The translations under genes were made by a program, and so were the position numbers. The notes below the pieces were generated by a model that made no database searches, was not told the DNA's origin, and saw nothing but the letters and a program-made list of their open reading frames with translations. This document shows positions 1-10,462 of a DNA stretch of 64,000 bases, piece after piece; the first letter of the stretch is position 1, and each line of letters starts with the position of its first letter. The DNA is from an uncultured delta proteobacterium (GTDB lineage Bacteria; Myxococcota_A; UBA9160; PR03): contig CAWDFQ010000010.1 of the NCBI GenBank assembly GCA_963801625.1, positions 422,245-486,244 of the forward strand, given 5' to 3'.

Positions 1-1
1 G

Positions 2-1066
2 CTCTCGGCGGGCGCGTTCCTGCTGCTCCGTCGCGTGACTCTGCAGACCGTCGCGCGCATGCGCGGCGACAACCGGCGCCTCGAAGCGCTGCTCGAAGCG
101 TCCGCTCGACTCGCTTCCGCGCAGCACGAAACAGAAGTCGCGACGGCCGCCGCCAACTGCGCGCAACGCCTCGCCGTCGCGCAGGCGGCCTTCTTCGTGA
201 CGATGCCGACCGGCGGCGCGCCCAAGCTCGAAGGCGCAGCCGGCGACCGCGCCCTCTTCACGCCGCTCGAAGAGCGCCTCGGCGACCTGCTCGCGCAGGC
301 GCTCGCCGAAGGACGCGCGGTCGTGTGGGGAGCGACACGCTCGCGCAGCGACGCCTACGGCGCCGGCGTTCTGCTCCCGGTCGAAGGCATCGGCGCAATC
401 GCGGTCCTCGCCGCGCCCGGACGACCTCTCGAGCAGGCCGACCTGCGCTCGCTCACGACGCTCGCGCAGCAATGCTCCGTCGCGGCGCGGCGCGCGCAGC
501 TCGTGGATTCGCAGCGCAACTTCTTCGCGCACGTCACCGACATCCTGGTCGCGGCGCTCGATACCCACATGGACCTGCAGGCGGGCCACGCACGGCGCGT
601 CGCGCAGCTCTCGAACCGCATGGGTCGCGAGTTGGGACTCGACGAGGCGCATCGCCAGCGCTTGCACTTCGCCGCGCTGCTGCACGACGTTGGCATGCTG
701 CGCATCGACCCCCTGCGGATGAACGAGCAGCGCATCGCGCGCCAGCACCCGATGCTCGGTCACCGGATGCTCGCGCCGATCCAGCTCTGGGAAGAGGTGG
801 CGCCGCTCGTGCTCCATCACCACGAGTGGTTCAACGGGAACGGCTACCCGGAGCAACTCGCCGGCGACACGATCCCGCTCGAGTCGCGCATCATCGGCCT
901 CGCCGAGGCTTTCGACTCGATGACGAGCGCAACGAGCTACAAGGATCCCGTGGAGCGCGACGAGGCGATCCGCCGCGTGGAAGCCGGCAGCGGCACCCAG
1001 TTCGACCCGAACGTGGTGCGCGTCTTCCTCGAACTCGCGCGCCGCGGCGACCTCGACCTCTCCTAG
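2..1066 (+). CDS. HD-GYP domain protein (c-di-GMP phosphodiesterase family); N-terminus outside window
   Basis: The frame of ORF 35..1066 stays open back to base 2 (LSAGAFLLLRRVTLQ...). HD motif ALLHDVGM and HD-GYP signature HHHEWFNGNGYPEQL are present. Confidence 0.8.
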   Translation, partial: LSAGAFLLLRRVTLQTVARMRGDNRRLEALLEASARLASAQHETEVATAAANCAQRLAVAQAAFFVTMPTGGAPKLEGAAGDRALFTPLEERLGDLLAQALAEGRAVVWGATRSRSDAYGAGVLLPVEGIGAIAVLAAPGRPLEQADLRSLTTLAQQCSVAARRAQLVDSQRNFFAHVTDILVAALDTHMDLQAGHARRVAQLSNRMGRELGLDEAHRQRLHFAALLHDVGMLRIDPLRMNEQRIARQHPMLGHRMLAPIQLWEEVAPLVLHHHEWFNGNGYPEQLAGDTIPLESRIIGLAEAFDSMTSATSYKDPVERDEAIRRVEAGSGTQFDPNVVRVFLELARRGDLDLS

Positions 1067-1090
1067 CGCGCACACCGCGGAGCACTCCGC

Positions 1091-1149
1091 TCGGATCGGC
1101 CGCGAAGCCCTCAGGTCGGATCGGCCGCGAAGCCCTCAGGTCGGATCGG
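1091..1149. repeat. 25-bp perfect tandem duplication (2 full units plus a 9-nt third start)
   Basis: tcggatcggccgcgaagccctcagg occurs at 1091-1115 and 1116-1140, then tcggatcgg. The second unit contains the stop codon (1136-1138) of the minus-strand peroxidase gene. Confidence 0.9.
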
Positions 1150-2182
1150 GCTTCGGCGTCTTCGGACCGCTCGGAAGCGCCTTTGGCGCCGCGATGTAGG
1201 TCGCGTCGGGCTTGCCGGTCAGGCTGTTCAGGAACGCGGCGATCGACGCGATGTCGGCCGGCTCGAGCTTCTTGCCGAGCTGGTGCCACGCCATCAGCCG
1301 GATCGCCTCGTCCAGCGACCGAACGCTGCCGTCGTGGAACCAGGGACCGGTCTTCGCGCTGTTGCGCAGCGACGGCACCTTGAAGAAGTACTTGTCGCTC
1401 TCCTTCTTGGTGACTTCGTAGCGGCCGAGGTCCTTGGTCTCGTAGGGGTTCACGAGGCCTAGTTTTTGGAACATCAGGCCGCCCACCGTCGGACCGGCGT
1501 GGCAGGTGGGACAGCCCACCTCGATGAACTTCGCGAGGCCGGCGACCTCGGCTTCGGAGAGTGCATCGAGCTTGCCGCCGAGGAACGCGTCGAAGGGCGA
1601 GGGCGTCGTGAGCTTGCGCTCGAAGGCGCCGACGGCCCGGCCGAAGTTGTCGTAGTTGATGGGATCCTTCTCGCCCGGGAACGCCTTGGCGAAGAGCGGC
1701 GCGTAGCCCGGGATCGACCGCAGCACGCCCAGCACGTGGTCGGGGTCGGGCATCGCCATCTCGACCGAGTTCAGCACGGGGCCCTTGGCCTGTTCCTCGA
1801 CGTCGGCGGCGCGACCGTCCCAGAACTGCGCGACATGGAAGGCGGCGTTGTAGACGCTCGGCGAGTTGCGGGCGCCGCGCTGTCCCTTGTGTCCAGGCGA
1901 CGTGGCTTCGTTGTCGACGCCGAACTTATCGAGTCGGTGACAGCTGTTGCAGGAGATCTCCTGGCTCTTCGAGACCCGCGGATCGAAATAGAGCAGGCGC
2001 CCGAGTTCCACCTTTGCGTCGGTGACCGGATTGGCCGGGTTCGGTGCCTCCGCAGGCAGCACACCGAATAGCTGTTTGGCGCGCGGCTGCAGCGCGTCTC
2101 GCGATTCGGCGCGCGCCACGGCGGACGCCGCGAACAGAACCAGCGCTGCCGCGCCGAGTCGGGTCCACAAGTACTTCGCCAT
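1136..2182 (-). CDS. di-haem cytochrome c peroxidase (CCP/MauG family)
   Basis: Intact 348-aa ORF with an N-terminal signal-like segment. Two CxxCH haem motifs (CNSCH, CPTCH). Confidence 0.9.
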   Translation of the reverse strand: MAKYLWTRLGAAALVLFAASAVARAESRDALQPRAKQLFGVLPAEAPNPANPVTDAKVELGRLLYFDPRVSKSQEISCNSCHRLDKFGVDNEATSPGHKGQRGARNSPSVYNAAFHVAQFWDGRAADVEEQAKGPVLNSVEMAMPDPDHVLGVLRSIPGYAPLFAKAFPGEKDPINYDNFGRAVGAFERKLTTPSPFDAFLGGKLDALSEAEVAGLAKFIEVGCPTCHAGPTVGGLMFQKLGLVNPYETKDLGRYEVTKKESDKYFFKVPSLRNSAKTGPWFHDGSVRSLDEAIRLMAWHQLGKKLEPADIASIAAFLNSLTGKPDATYIAAPKALPSGPKTPKPDPT

Positions 2183-2224
2183 GACGGATCTCCTTGCTAG
2201 AGGACGGCAGCCTAAGCCCCTCCC

Positions 2225-2296
2225 GCGCGCAGCTCAAGTGGAGAAAGGGGACGGTCCTCGAAGTGACCTGGCTGTTGACTCGAGGGACACACCTCG
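2225..2296 (+). repeat. intergenic repeat family B, copy 1
   Basis: gcgcgcagctc..ggagaaaggggacggtcctc..ctggctgttgac..gggacacacctcg. A diverged inverted copy lies at 12745-12824. It sits in the divergent ccp / enoyl-CoA hydratase intergenic region. Confidence 0.7.
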
Positions 2297-2348
2297 ACCT
2301 CGCAGCGCACGCCGACGCCCCGAGACCCCACCCGCTCGGGGTTCCGCG

Positions 2349-2849
2349 ATGAGTATCAGCGATCTCGACGTCGCAACGCTGCGCATCGACCGCCGCGGCC
2401 TCGTCCTCGAAGTGACGATCGACAACCCCAAGGGCGATCTCAACGCCGTCGACGGGATGCTGCACGAGGAGCTGGCGGCGCTGTTCCGTGAACTGCGCAG
2501 CGAGAACGACGCGCGCGCCGTCCTCCTCACCGGCTCCAAGCGCGCCTGCTGCGCCGGCGACGACTTCGCGTGGTTCCCCGAACTCCAGGGGCTCGAGAAG
2601 CTCGACACCGTGCGCCGCGACGGCAAGCAGATCCTCTGGGACCTGCTCAACGTCGAGGCGCCGATCGTCGCGGCGCTGAACGGACCCGCGGTGGGCCTCG
2701 GCGCATCGATCGCGCTGCTCTGCGACGTCATCTTCATGGCACCACGATCTGGCCGCTGGTGCTCGGCCCCGCTCGCACTTCGTTACACGAAGCTCGCCGT
2801 GAACCCGTGGATCAAGTCGGTCGCGAACGTCGCCTTCGAGGGACGCTGA
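2349..2849 (+). pseudogene. enoyl-CoA hydratase/isomerase remnant (internal deletion, truncated C-terminus)
   Basis: The N-terminal half is good crotonase sequence (MSISDLDVATLRIDRRGLVLEV...GPAVGLGASIALLCDVIFMA). It then joins almost directly to the late helix LRYTKLAVNPWIKSVANVAFEG. Roughly 60-70 residues of the fold seem to be missing. Confidence 0.6.
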
Positions 2850-2852
2850 GGG

Positions 2853-3571
2853 TCAGGCGGAAACGGCGCTCGGCGCGAAGCGCCGCCGATACGACTGCGG
2901 CGGGAAGAACGCCAGCCAGATCGCGAGCGCGCAGGTGCCGCCCAACAGCGACGCGACCAGATAGAACTCGGCCGTGTCGTCGTTCTGCGCGAGCTCGCTC
3001 CACAGCGAGTAGGCCCAGATGCCGTTCGCCGCGAGCGTGCTGACGCCCCAGAGCAAGAAGCGGTTCGCGACGAGCGGCTCGAGTGAGCCCGATCCGCACG
3101 CGCCGGCGCGCCAGCGTGGCCTGGCGCAGCGTTTCGAAGCCAGCCCAGCCATACATCGCAAAGCGACCGACGTAGTCGGCCGTCATCGAGAAGCCGGAGC
3201 GGCGCACGCCGAGATAGTGGCCCGAGACCCAGTCGCTCGCGAAGGACAGGAAGAGCAGCGCGGTGCAGGTTGCGACGACCGTCGCGCCGACCAGCCCGGG
3301 CCGGAACACCCGCCAGGTGAAGACGCCGAGCACCGTGATGCCGCAGTCGATCGCGAGCATCGCCGCGGTCGAAAAGACGCCGCGCGCCGGCCCGGCGAAG
3401 CCGGAGACGATAAGCAGCGCGGTGCCGAACGCCGCCGGCAAGGAAGAGCGATCCGCCGATCAGCTTCTCGGGGAGCATCCCCGTGCGGTGGGCGAGCCAG
3501 AGCAGCCGCCAACCGACCACGAAGCTCGCGACCGCGAACAGCGAAATCCCCAGCAGAGCGAAGAGCGCCAC
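2853..3571 (-). pseudogene. integral membrane protein of unknown function, reading frame broken at least twice
   Basis: Hydrophobic pieces lie in three frames. They are MALFALLGISLFAVASFVVGWRLLWLA (3571 frame), LLIVSGFAGPARGVFSTAAMLAIDCGITVLGVFTWRV (3441 frame) and FLLWGVSTLAANGIWAYSLW...ALAIWLAFFPPQSYRRRF (3161 frame). Confidence 0.5.
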
Positions 3572-3640
3572 GCAGGCCCCTCCCGGTCGGAAACGATCCG
3601 GGAGGACATCGGCGCCCGCCCGCGGATCCTTGAGCCTACG

Positions 3641-5174
3641 CTACTCACCGTCGCTCGCGTCGCTGCGACTCGCGAGCACACGCTCGAGGCGGCGCGGATC
3701 GCGCCGCAGGCGCAGCGACTTGCCACCCGTCACGTAGACGAGACCCGGCTTCGCGCCGCGCGGCTTCGAGACGCCCTTGATCGGCGCCACGGTCACCTGC
3801 GCTTCCGTCACTTTTCGGTGCTTCGAGAAGTGCACCGCCATCTCGGCCGCCTCGAGAATCGCCTCGGCAGGCGGGTCGCTGCGGCCTTCAGTGCGCAGCA
3901 CTACGTGGCTGCCCGGCGACGCTTCGAGGTGGAAGAAGAGATCGTTGCCGCGCGCGAGCCGCGTCGAGAGCAGGTCGTTGCCCTCGTCGCTGCGGCCGAC
4001 CCAGATCTCGAGGCCGCTGCTGCTGCGATACACGCGCGGAACGAGACGGGCCGGGATCTCCTGCTTGCCGAGCCGCCACACGCGACGCTTCGGAGCGGGT
4101 TCCGCGGTTGCGCCGGTCGAGGTCGCCGGCGCCGACTCGGCCGCGTAGCGCGCGAGCAGCCGCGCGACTTCGGGGATGTCCGCGAACGCAGCGAGCCCCG
4201 CGACGTCGCCCGCCGCGATCGTGTCGAAGGCCGCACGCAGAGCAACGAGCGCATCGCGACGCGCCTCCGCCTCGCCGGTCTCGCGCAGCGCCCGCGCCGC
4301 GCGCCGCTCGGCCTTGCGCGCCTTCGCGAACAGCGCGTCGAGATTTGCGCGCGGTGAGAGCGCGGGATCGAGCGGGATCGCAACCTCCTCGCCGCTCGCG
4401 AAGTCACGCACGCGCACTTCGCTCGCGCCGCGCTTCACGGAGCCGACGGCGCCCTTCAGCACTTCGCCCTGCTGGCGCAGCGCGCCCACGACGTCGCCCG
4501 CCGCCGCGTCGCCGCGCAGCAACGACAGTTTCTTCTCGATCGCCGCGAGCGCGCGGCGCAGCGCGCGGTCGAGCCGCCGCTGCGATCGTGTCGGACTCCC
4601 GCGCGCCCTCGCGTTGCGGCGGCGAGCGCTTCGAGCGCCGCGAAGAAACGCTCGTCGGGCTCTGCGGCGAAGCGATCCTCGCCCTCGCTCGGCGACTTCG
4701 AGCGCGGGACTCTTCCAGACCGCACCGACCGCGAGGTCGCGACGCGTCTCGGCGAGCGGCCGCAACGCGCCGAGGATGCGGCCCTCGGCGTCGAGCAGAT
4801 GGAGATTGGTGCGCGGGCCTAGGAGCGCGAGCAGCAACTCGAAGACGCCCGCTTCGCCCTCGAAGCGCAGCGCGGCCTGGCGATCGCCGTCGACGATGCG
4901 CGCGCCCGCGACGCGCGCTCCGCCGAGCCGCGCGCGCAGCAATTGCGCGAAGCCAGGAGGCGCCGGCGGCGCGGCGGGGCGTCTCTCGACCAGCGACAGC
5001 CGCGCGCTCGGCGGCTCGCAGCAGAAGAGCAGATGCAGGTCGCCGCGACCGGCTCGATACAGCGACACCACCACGCGCCGGTCGTCCGGCTGCACGATCT
5101 TCTCGACGCGCGCGCCCGCGCAGCTCGCGATCGACGATCGCCACCGCGCGGCGCAGCTCCGCGAGCGGCATCAT
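3641..5174 (-). CDS. NFACT/DUF814 (FbpA/RqcH-like) protein; one frameshift near the 5' end
   Basis: C-terminal DUF814-like block: GLEIWVGRSDEGNDLLSTRLARGNDLFFHLEASPGSHVVL. The N-terminus MMPLAELRRAVAIVDREL lies in another frame and joins at about 5100. The ATG overlaps the fpg stop (ATGA at 5171-5174). Confidence 0.7.
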
Positions 5175-6050
5175 CGCTGGCAGCTCGGGCAGTAGTGCGC
5201 GCTGCGCTGACCCAGCACGATGCGCTTCACCCGCGTGCCGCACACGAGACACGGCTCGCCCTCGCGCGCGTAGACCCGGCGCTCGTCCTGATAGGCGCCA
5301 TCCGCGCCGTCCGGCGCGATATAGTCGCTGATCGACGAGCCGCCGGTCTCGATCGAGCGCAGCAGCACGCGGCGCAGCGCGCGCGGCGATGCGCTCGTAC
5401 TCGTCGCGCGTCACGCGACCCGCGCGACGCGTCGGCCGCACGCCGGCGCCGAAGAGCGCTTCGTCGGCGTAGATGTTGCCGACGCCCGCCAGCACCGCCT
5501 GATCGAGCAGCAGGTTCTTCACCGCGACGCTGCGACCGCGACTCGCCGCGAACAGCGCGGCGCCGGTGACCTCGAGCGCGTCGACGCCGAGTCGGTCGAG
5601 TCGCTCGCGAATCTGCACCCGGCGCGAGCCACTGCACCTTGCCGAACTTGCGCGCGTCGCGCAGGAAGATCGTCGGGGCCGGCGTCGCGAAAATGGAGAC
5701 GCAGATGCGTGTGTTCATCGGGCGTCGAAGCGCGACTGCGCCTCGGGCGCGAGGCTGCCGCGCGCCGAAGCGCGCAGCAGCCGCGGACTCGTGACGGCGC
5801 TCGAGAAGAGCTGCCCCGTCATGCCGAGGTGGAGGAGCAAGCGGCTGCCGTCGTCGAGCTTCGCGACGAGGTACTTGCCCTGGCGCGCGAGCCCCTGCAC
5901 GCGGCGGCCGCCGAGTGCGCGACGCAGCGCCGCGGGCGGCGTCAGGAAGAAGTAGCTCGGCGCCGTGGTGTGGACGGCGTCGATGGTGCGACCGACCAGC
6001 AGCGGCGCGATGCGCCGCCGCGTGGTCTCGACTTCGGGGAGTTCGGGCAC
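5171..6050 (-). pseudogene. mutM: formamidopyrimidine-DNA glycosylase, split over three frames
   Basis: The N-terminus is MPELPEVETTRRRIAPLL (ORF 5715..6050). The middle is VKNLLLDQAVLAGVGNIYADEALFGAGVRP (frame of ORF 4404..5618). The C-terminal zinc finger is EGEPCLVCGTRVKRIVLGQRSAHYCPSCQR (ORF 5171..5368). Confidence 0.85.
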
Positions 6051-6078
6051 GCGCAGCCTTCTCGAAACGGCGAGCTGT

Positions 6079-7100
6079 TCAACTCCGCCAGGGTTCGACC
6101 AGGATCTTCGCGTGCGCCTCGGGATTCGCGAGCGTGCGAAACGCCTCGCCGACGCCCTCGACGCCGGTCTTGCCCGTCACCATCGGCGCCACGTCGACTT
6201 CGCCCTCGGCGAGCGCGCGCAGCGTGCGCGCGAACTCGTCGGGCGTGTAGCCGAGCACGAACTGCACGTTCAGTTCCTTGTTGATGCCGAAGATCGGCCG
6301 GATCGAGTCGTTCTCCATGCAAACGCCGGCGACGACGATGCGCGACTGCGGCGGCGCGCTGCGCATCAGCTCGTCGATCACACCCGGCACGCCGACGCAT
6401 TCGAAGAGCACGGCGGCCTTCGCGCCGGCGACTTCGCGCCAGGCGTCGATCGGGCGCTCGCACGTTCGGATCGACAACGACGTGCGCACCCATGTGTTGC
6501 GCGAGGCGGCGCCTCATCGGCGAGTAGTCGGCGGCGACGATCGTCTCGACGCCTGCGAGGCGCAGCCCCGCGATCACGGCGAGTCCGACCGGCCCGCAGC
6601 CGACGACGAGCGCGGCGTCGCGCGGCGTGAGGTTCGCCCTCGCGACGGCGTGGACGCCGACGGCGATCGGCTCGGTGGTCGCGGCGTGCTCGGTCGGCGA
6701 GGCCGTTCGGCACCTGCGAGCAGCAGCGGTTCGGTGAGCACCATCAGCTCGCCGTAGCCACCAGGCACCTCATCCGAGTAGCCGACCGCTTGCGGCCTGC
6801 CGCCGCGGAAGCTGATCGGCATCGAGACGACGCGGCTTCCGACCGGGATCCGCTTCAGCGTATTCGGCCCGAACTCGACGATCTCGGCGCAGAACTCGTG
6901 GCCCATCACGACGTCGGCGCGCAGGTTCGGCACGAACGGCGCGCCGGTGTCGCGCATCGACTCCATCATCTTGTCGGCGTGGCGGAGCATGTGCAGATCG
7001 GAGCCGCAGATGCCGCAGGCGAGCGTCTTTACCAGCACCTCACCGGAGCCCGGCACCGGGATCGGCCAGCGTGTCCGTCACGATCTCTCTTGTTGCGCAT
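6079..7100 (-). pseudogene. zinc-dependent alcohol dehydrogenase family, several frameshifts
   Basis: GEVLVKTLACGICGSDLHM and MGHEFCAEIVEFG (ORF 6574..7056). GLRLAGVETIVAADYSPMRRRLAQHMGA (middle frame). RIVVAGVCMENDSIRPIFGINKELNVQFVLGYTPDEF (ORF 6079..6489). The ATG at 7100 is again in a different frame. Confidence 0.8.
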
Positions 7101-7142
7101 CACCGCCGCACGCATCTGCCCACCTCGTCACTCGAGCCGTGT

Positions 7143-7260
7143 TCGGCTCGCCGCGTCCGGTGGCGAGCGGGGTCATCGTGTCGGCTCGCCGCCGTCCGGT
7201 GGCGAGCGAGGTCATGAGCCCGGCTCCGCCGGCGTCCGCCATCGGAGCCAGGATCATGAG
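7143..7260. repeat. about 38-bp tandem repeat, 2 good units plus 1 degenerate unit, each with an internal short inverted repeat
   Basis: tcggctcgccgcgtccggtggcgagcggggtcatcgtg / tcggctcgccgccgtccggtggcgagcgaggtcatgag / a degenerate third unit. It lies between the hydrolase stop and the adh start on the minus strand. Confidence 0.75.
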
Positions 7261-7267
7261 TTGCACT

Positions 7268-8222
7268 CTAGCGGCATTCGGTCCCGATCCATTCGACCAC
7301 CGCGTGCGCCAGCGCGATGCGCTTGTCGGAGAAGGCGTGGTCGGCGTCGAGCACGACGCTGCGGGTGTGCTTCGCGCCGGCGGCGGCGAAGGCGGCGACC
7401 AGCGGGTCGTGATGGACGGATGCGGGCGTCACGGCGTCGCGCGTACCGGCGACGAGCAGCACCGGCCGCGTTGCGAGTGCTGCGCCGCGTCGCGTGGTGT
7501 CGAAGCGATCCAGCGTTCTTCATCAGCTCCGCGACCAGCTTCTTGCCGGATGCGCCGCGGATCGGTCCGCTCCAGCCTCCCAGCGTCTTCTCGAACTCGG
7601 CGCGGCGATCGGGATTCGCGGCAGCGCGTCCGAGCAGCCCCAGGTTCGCGCCGGCCAGCGACGCGACGCAGCGCACGCCGGGATCCTCCGACGCCACGGT
7701 GATCGCGAGGAAGCCGCCCATGCTGTGACCCACCAGTACGACACGCGACGGATCGGCGCGGAAGCGCTTCGCGAACGAAGCCGTTCGCGCCTCCGCGAGC
7801 GCCGAGCCCACGTCTTCGAGCGCGTTCGAGAAGCTGAACTTCCCCTGGCTGCCCCACGCCCCTCGATAGTGGAAGATCAGCACGTCGTAGCCCGCGCGCC
7901 GCAGCGACTGGGCGAGATCGGCATTGCGCTCGTCGCCCGGATAGCCGTGCAGCAGGATCACGAGCGGATGCGGGCCCGCTCCCTGCGCGACGTAGACGAT
8001 CCCGACCATGTACGACTCGCCACTCGCGATGCCGACCTCCTCGATCGCCGCCGGAAAAGCCGCGTCGATCGTGGCGGGGTCGCTCGTGACGGGATCGGTC
8101 GCGACGGCACGGCTCGCGTCCGTCGACCGCGCCGCGGCCGCTGCGGGGCGCGCCTTCGGCTGCGCGCAGGCGACGAACGTGGCGGCGATCGCGAGCAGGA
8201 CGAGGCGTTGCGTGCGGAACAT
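7268..8222 (-). pseudogene. alpha/beta hydrolase (secreted or lipoprotein-like), one frameshift near 7480
   Basis: The N-terminus MFRTQRLVLLAIAATFVACA is followed by the nucleophile elbow GHSMGG. The C-terminal piece LLVAGTRDAVTPASVHHD...DADHAFSD lies in another frame (ORF 7268..7462). Confidence 0.75.
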
Positions 8223-8279
8223 CAGGACCTCGCGGCGGGAATGGCGCAGTCTAGGTTACGGTCGCGGCGGGAGGAGTGC

Positions 8280-9060
8280 ATGAGCGACGAGCAACGATCG
8301 GTCGTTTTCGATCGCGCGGCCGACTTCTACGACGCCACGCGCGGCTTCCCGCCGGGCGTGGAGACGCGCGCCGCTGCGCTGATCGTGCAGGCGGGCCGGC
8401 TCGGCGCCACTTCGCGCGTGCTCGAAGTCGGCGTCGGCACCGGGCGCGTTGCGCTGCCGCTCGCCACGCTCGTGGCGAACGTCGTGGGCGTGGATCTCTC
8501 GGTGCCGATGCTGCGCCAGCTGGTCGCCAAACGCGGCGCGCAGCGCGTCGCAGTGATGCGCGCCGACGCGGTGCAGCTCCCGTTCCCTGCCGCCCGCTTC
8601 GACGCAGTGCTCGGCGTGCACTTCTTCCACCTCGTGCCGCGCTGGCGCGAGGCGCTCGCGGAGGTGGCGTCGCGTGTTGCGTCGCGGCGCGCCGCTGCTG
8701 CTCGGCGCGGACGAACCGCAGGACGCCTGGGCGCGCTTTCGCGAAGAGCTCGCGGCCTGCAGCGAGGTCGACCATCCCGGCGTGCCGCGCGATCGATTCT
8801 TCGATTTCCCGGCGGACGAGGGCTGGCGTCCGCTCGGCGAGCGCCACCGCATCGCGTTCCCGCGCCGGATCCGCCCGCGGCAGATTCTCGAGCGCCTCGC
8901 AGAGCGCAGCTGGTCGATCACCTGGCGCATGAGCGACGCGCAGATCGAGCGCGCGGTGGAGGCGCTGCGCCCGGAACTCGTCGCGCGCTTCGGCGACCTC
9001 GACGCGGAAGCCGAGGTCGCCGGCGGTTTCAGCATCCAAGGCTGGCTTGCGCCGGAGTAG
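8280..9060 (+). pseudogene. class I SAM-dependent methyltransferase, one frameshift near 8670
   Basis: MSDEQRSVVFDRAADFYDATR...VLEVGVGTGRVALPLA (SAM motif I). The C-terminal part continues in ORF 8674..9060. Confidence 0.7.
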
Positions 9061-9110
9061 ACCGGAGTGAGTAGAATGGCGCCGCGCCCCCGCGCCGCTG
9101 GAGAACGCCG

Positions 9111-10349
9111 ATGAGTGAAGTCGCTTCCTTCGACCCGCGCAAGCTCGACCCGATCTCGTCCGCCCACTACGAACGCAACGGGTATCCGTTCCGAGAGTGG
9201 GCCTGGCTCCGCAAGAACGATCCGGTCTCGATGATCACGTATCCGGGCTACGACCCGTTCTGGGCGATCACGAAGCACGCCGACATCATCGAGCTGTCCA
9301 AGCAACCCAATCTCTTCCTCAACGAGCCGCGCCTTGCGGTCTTCAACAACAGCGTTCCGCCGCCGCCCGAGGCGACGATCCGCCATCTGCTGAACATGGA
9401 CCCGCCCGATCACGGCGAGTACCGCAACGTCGCGGCGAAGCGCTTCACGCCGCGCGCCGTGCAGACCTGGGCGCCCAAGGTGCAGCGCATCACCGACGAA
9501 GTGCTCGACGCCTGTTCGCAGCGCAACGGCGGCGACTTCGTCCAGGACATCTCCGCGCGCATCACGATCGCGGTGATCGCCGAGATGCTCGGCGTACCCG
9601 CGAGCGACCGCGGCCTGCTGTTCCGCTGGACCAACGAGGTGATCGCACCCGAGGATCCCGAGTACCAGACGGGGGGCAATCCCGAGGCGACGCTCGAGAA
9701 GGCGCGCATCGAGCTGTTCCAGTACTTCGACGCGATGTCGAAGGACCGCCGGGCCAACCCCAGGGACGACATCGTCAGCGTCGTTGCGAGGGGTACGGTC
9801 GACGGCGCGCCGCTCGGTCCCGTCGAGCTGCTCTCGTACTACCTGTTGGTCGTCGTCGCCGGCAACGAGACTACACGCAACGCGATGACCGGCGGCATGC
9901 TCGCGTTCCTCGAGAACCCCGCCGAATGGGAAAAGCTCCAAGCGAACCCGGACCTGCTCGATCTCGCCATCGAAGAAGTCGTGCGCTGGACGACGCCCGT
10001 GATCCAGTTCTGCCGCACCGCCACGCGCGACTACCCGCTGCGGGACAAAGTCATGAGAAAGGGCGAGAGCGCCTGTCTCTTCTATCCGTCGGCGAATCGC
10101 GACGAGGAAGTCTTCGCGGACGGCGACGTGTTCCGCATCGACCGCGACCCGAACCGCCACCTCGCCTTCGGCGTCGGTGAGCACGTCTGCCTCGGCGCGC
10201 ACCTGGCGCGCCTCGAACTGCGCTGCGCGTTCGCCGCGCTGCGCGAGCGGCTGCGTTCGGCCGAACTCTCGGGCCCGGTCGAACGCGCCCGCTCCAGCTT
10301 CGTCGGCGGCATCAAACGCGCCCCGATGCGCTGGCACATCACCGGATAG
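9111..10349 (+). CDS. cytochrome P450
   Basis: Intact 412-aa ORF. Haem-ligand loop FGVGEHVCLGAHLARLE. ETTRN I-helix-like and EEVVRW motifs. Confidence 0.9.
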   Translation: MSEVASFDPRKLDPISSAHYERNGYPFREWAWLRKNDPVSMITYPGYDPFWAITKHADIIELSKQPNLFLNEPRLAVFNNSVPPPPEATIRHLLNMDPPDHGEYRNVAAKRFTPRAVQTWAPKVQRITDEVLDACSQRNGGDFVQDISARITIAVIAEMLGVPASDRGLLFRWTNEVIAPEDPEYQTGGNPEATLEKARIELFQYFDAMSKDRRANPRDDIVSVVARGTVDGAPLGPVELLSYYLLVVVAGNETTRNAMTGGMLAFLENPAEWEKLQANPDLLDLAIEEVVRWTTPVIQFCRTATRDYPLRDKVMRKGESACLFYPSANRDEEVFADGDVFRIDRDPNRHLAFGVGEHVCLGAHLARLELRCAFAALRERLRSAELSGPVERARSSFVGGIKRAPMRWHITG

Positions 10350-10462
10350 GTGCCCACCGGATAGGTGTCGGGCGTCAGGTTATTTCTAGTCAGGTTATTC
10401 GCCGCGCCCTCGCGCGAATGCCCAACAACTTGACAGCAAAATAACTTGACGCCCGGCACCGG
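10340..10462. repeat. intergenic repeat family C, copy 1 (hairpin-like element with doubled arms)
   Basis: A 13-bp direct repeat caccggataggtg x2 (10340-10352, 10355-10367) includes the P450 stop. The left arms are gggcgtcaggttatt / gtcaggttatt. The right arms are aacaacttgaca / aaataacttgacgcccggcaccgg. It fills the gap between the convergent P450 and ychF. Confidence 0.7.

Noticed and set aside
7078-7266. 62-aa ORF with repeated MT(S/P)LATGR peptide
   Set aside because: It is a by-product of translating the 38-bp tandem repeat. It has no RBS and no family resemblance.
10424-10462. TTGAC boxes of repeat family C as -35 promoter elements
   Set aside because: The 10.4-kb copy lies between the 3' ends of two convergent genes, where no promoter is needed. 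At 21.25 kb the box is only about 30 nt from the qor ATG and has no credible -10.
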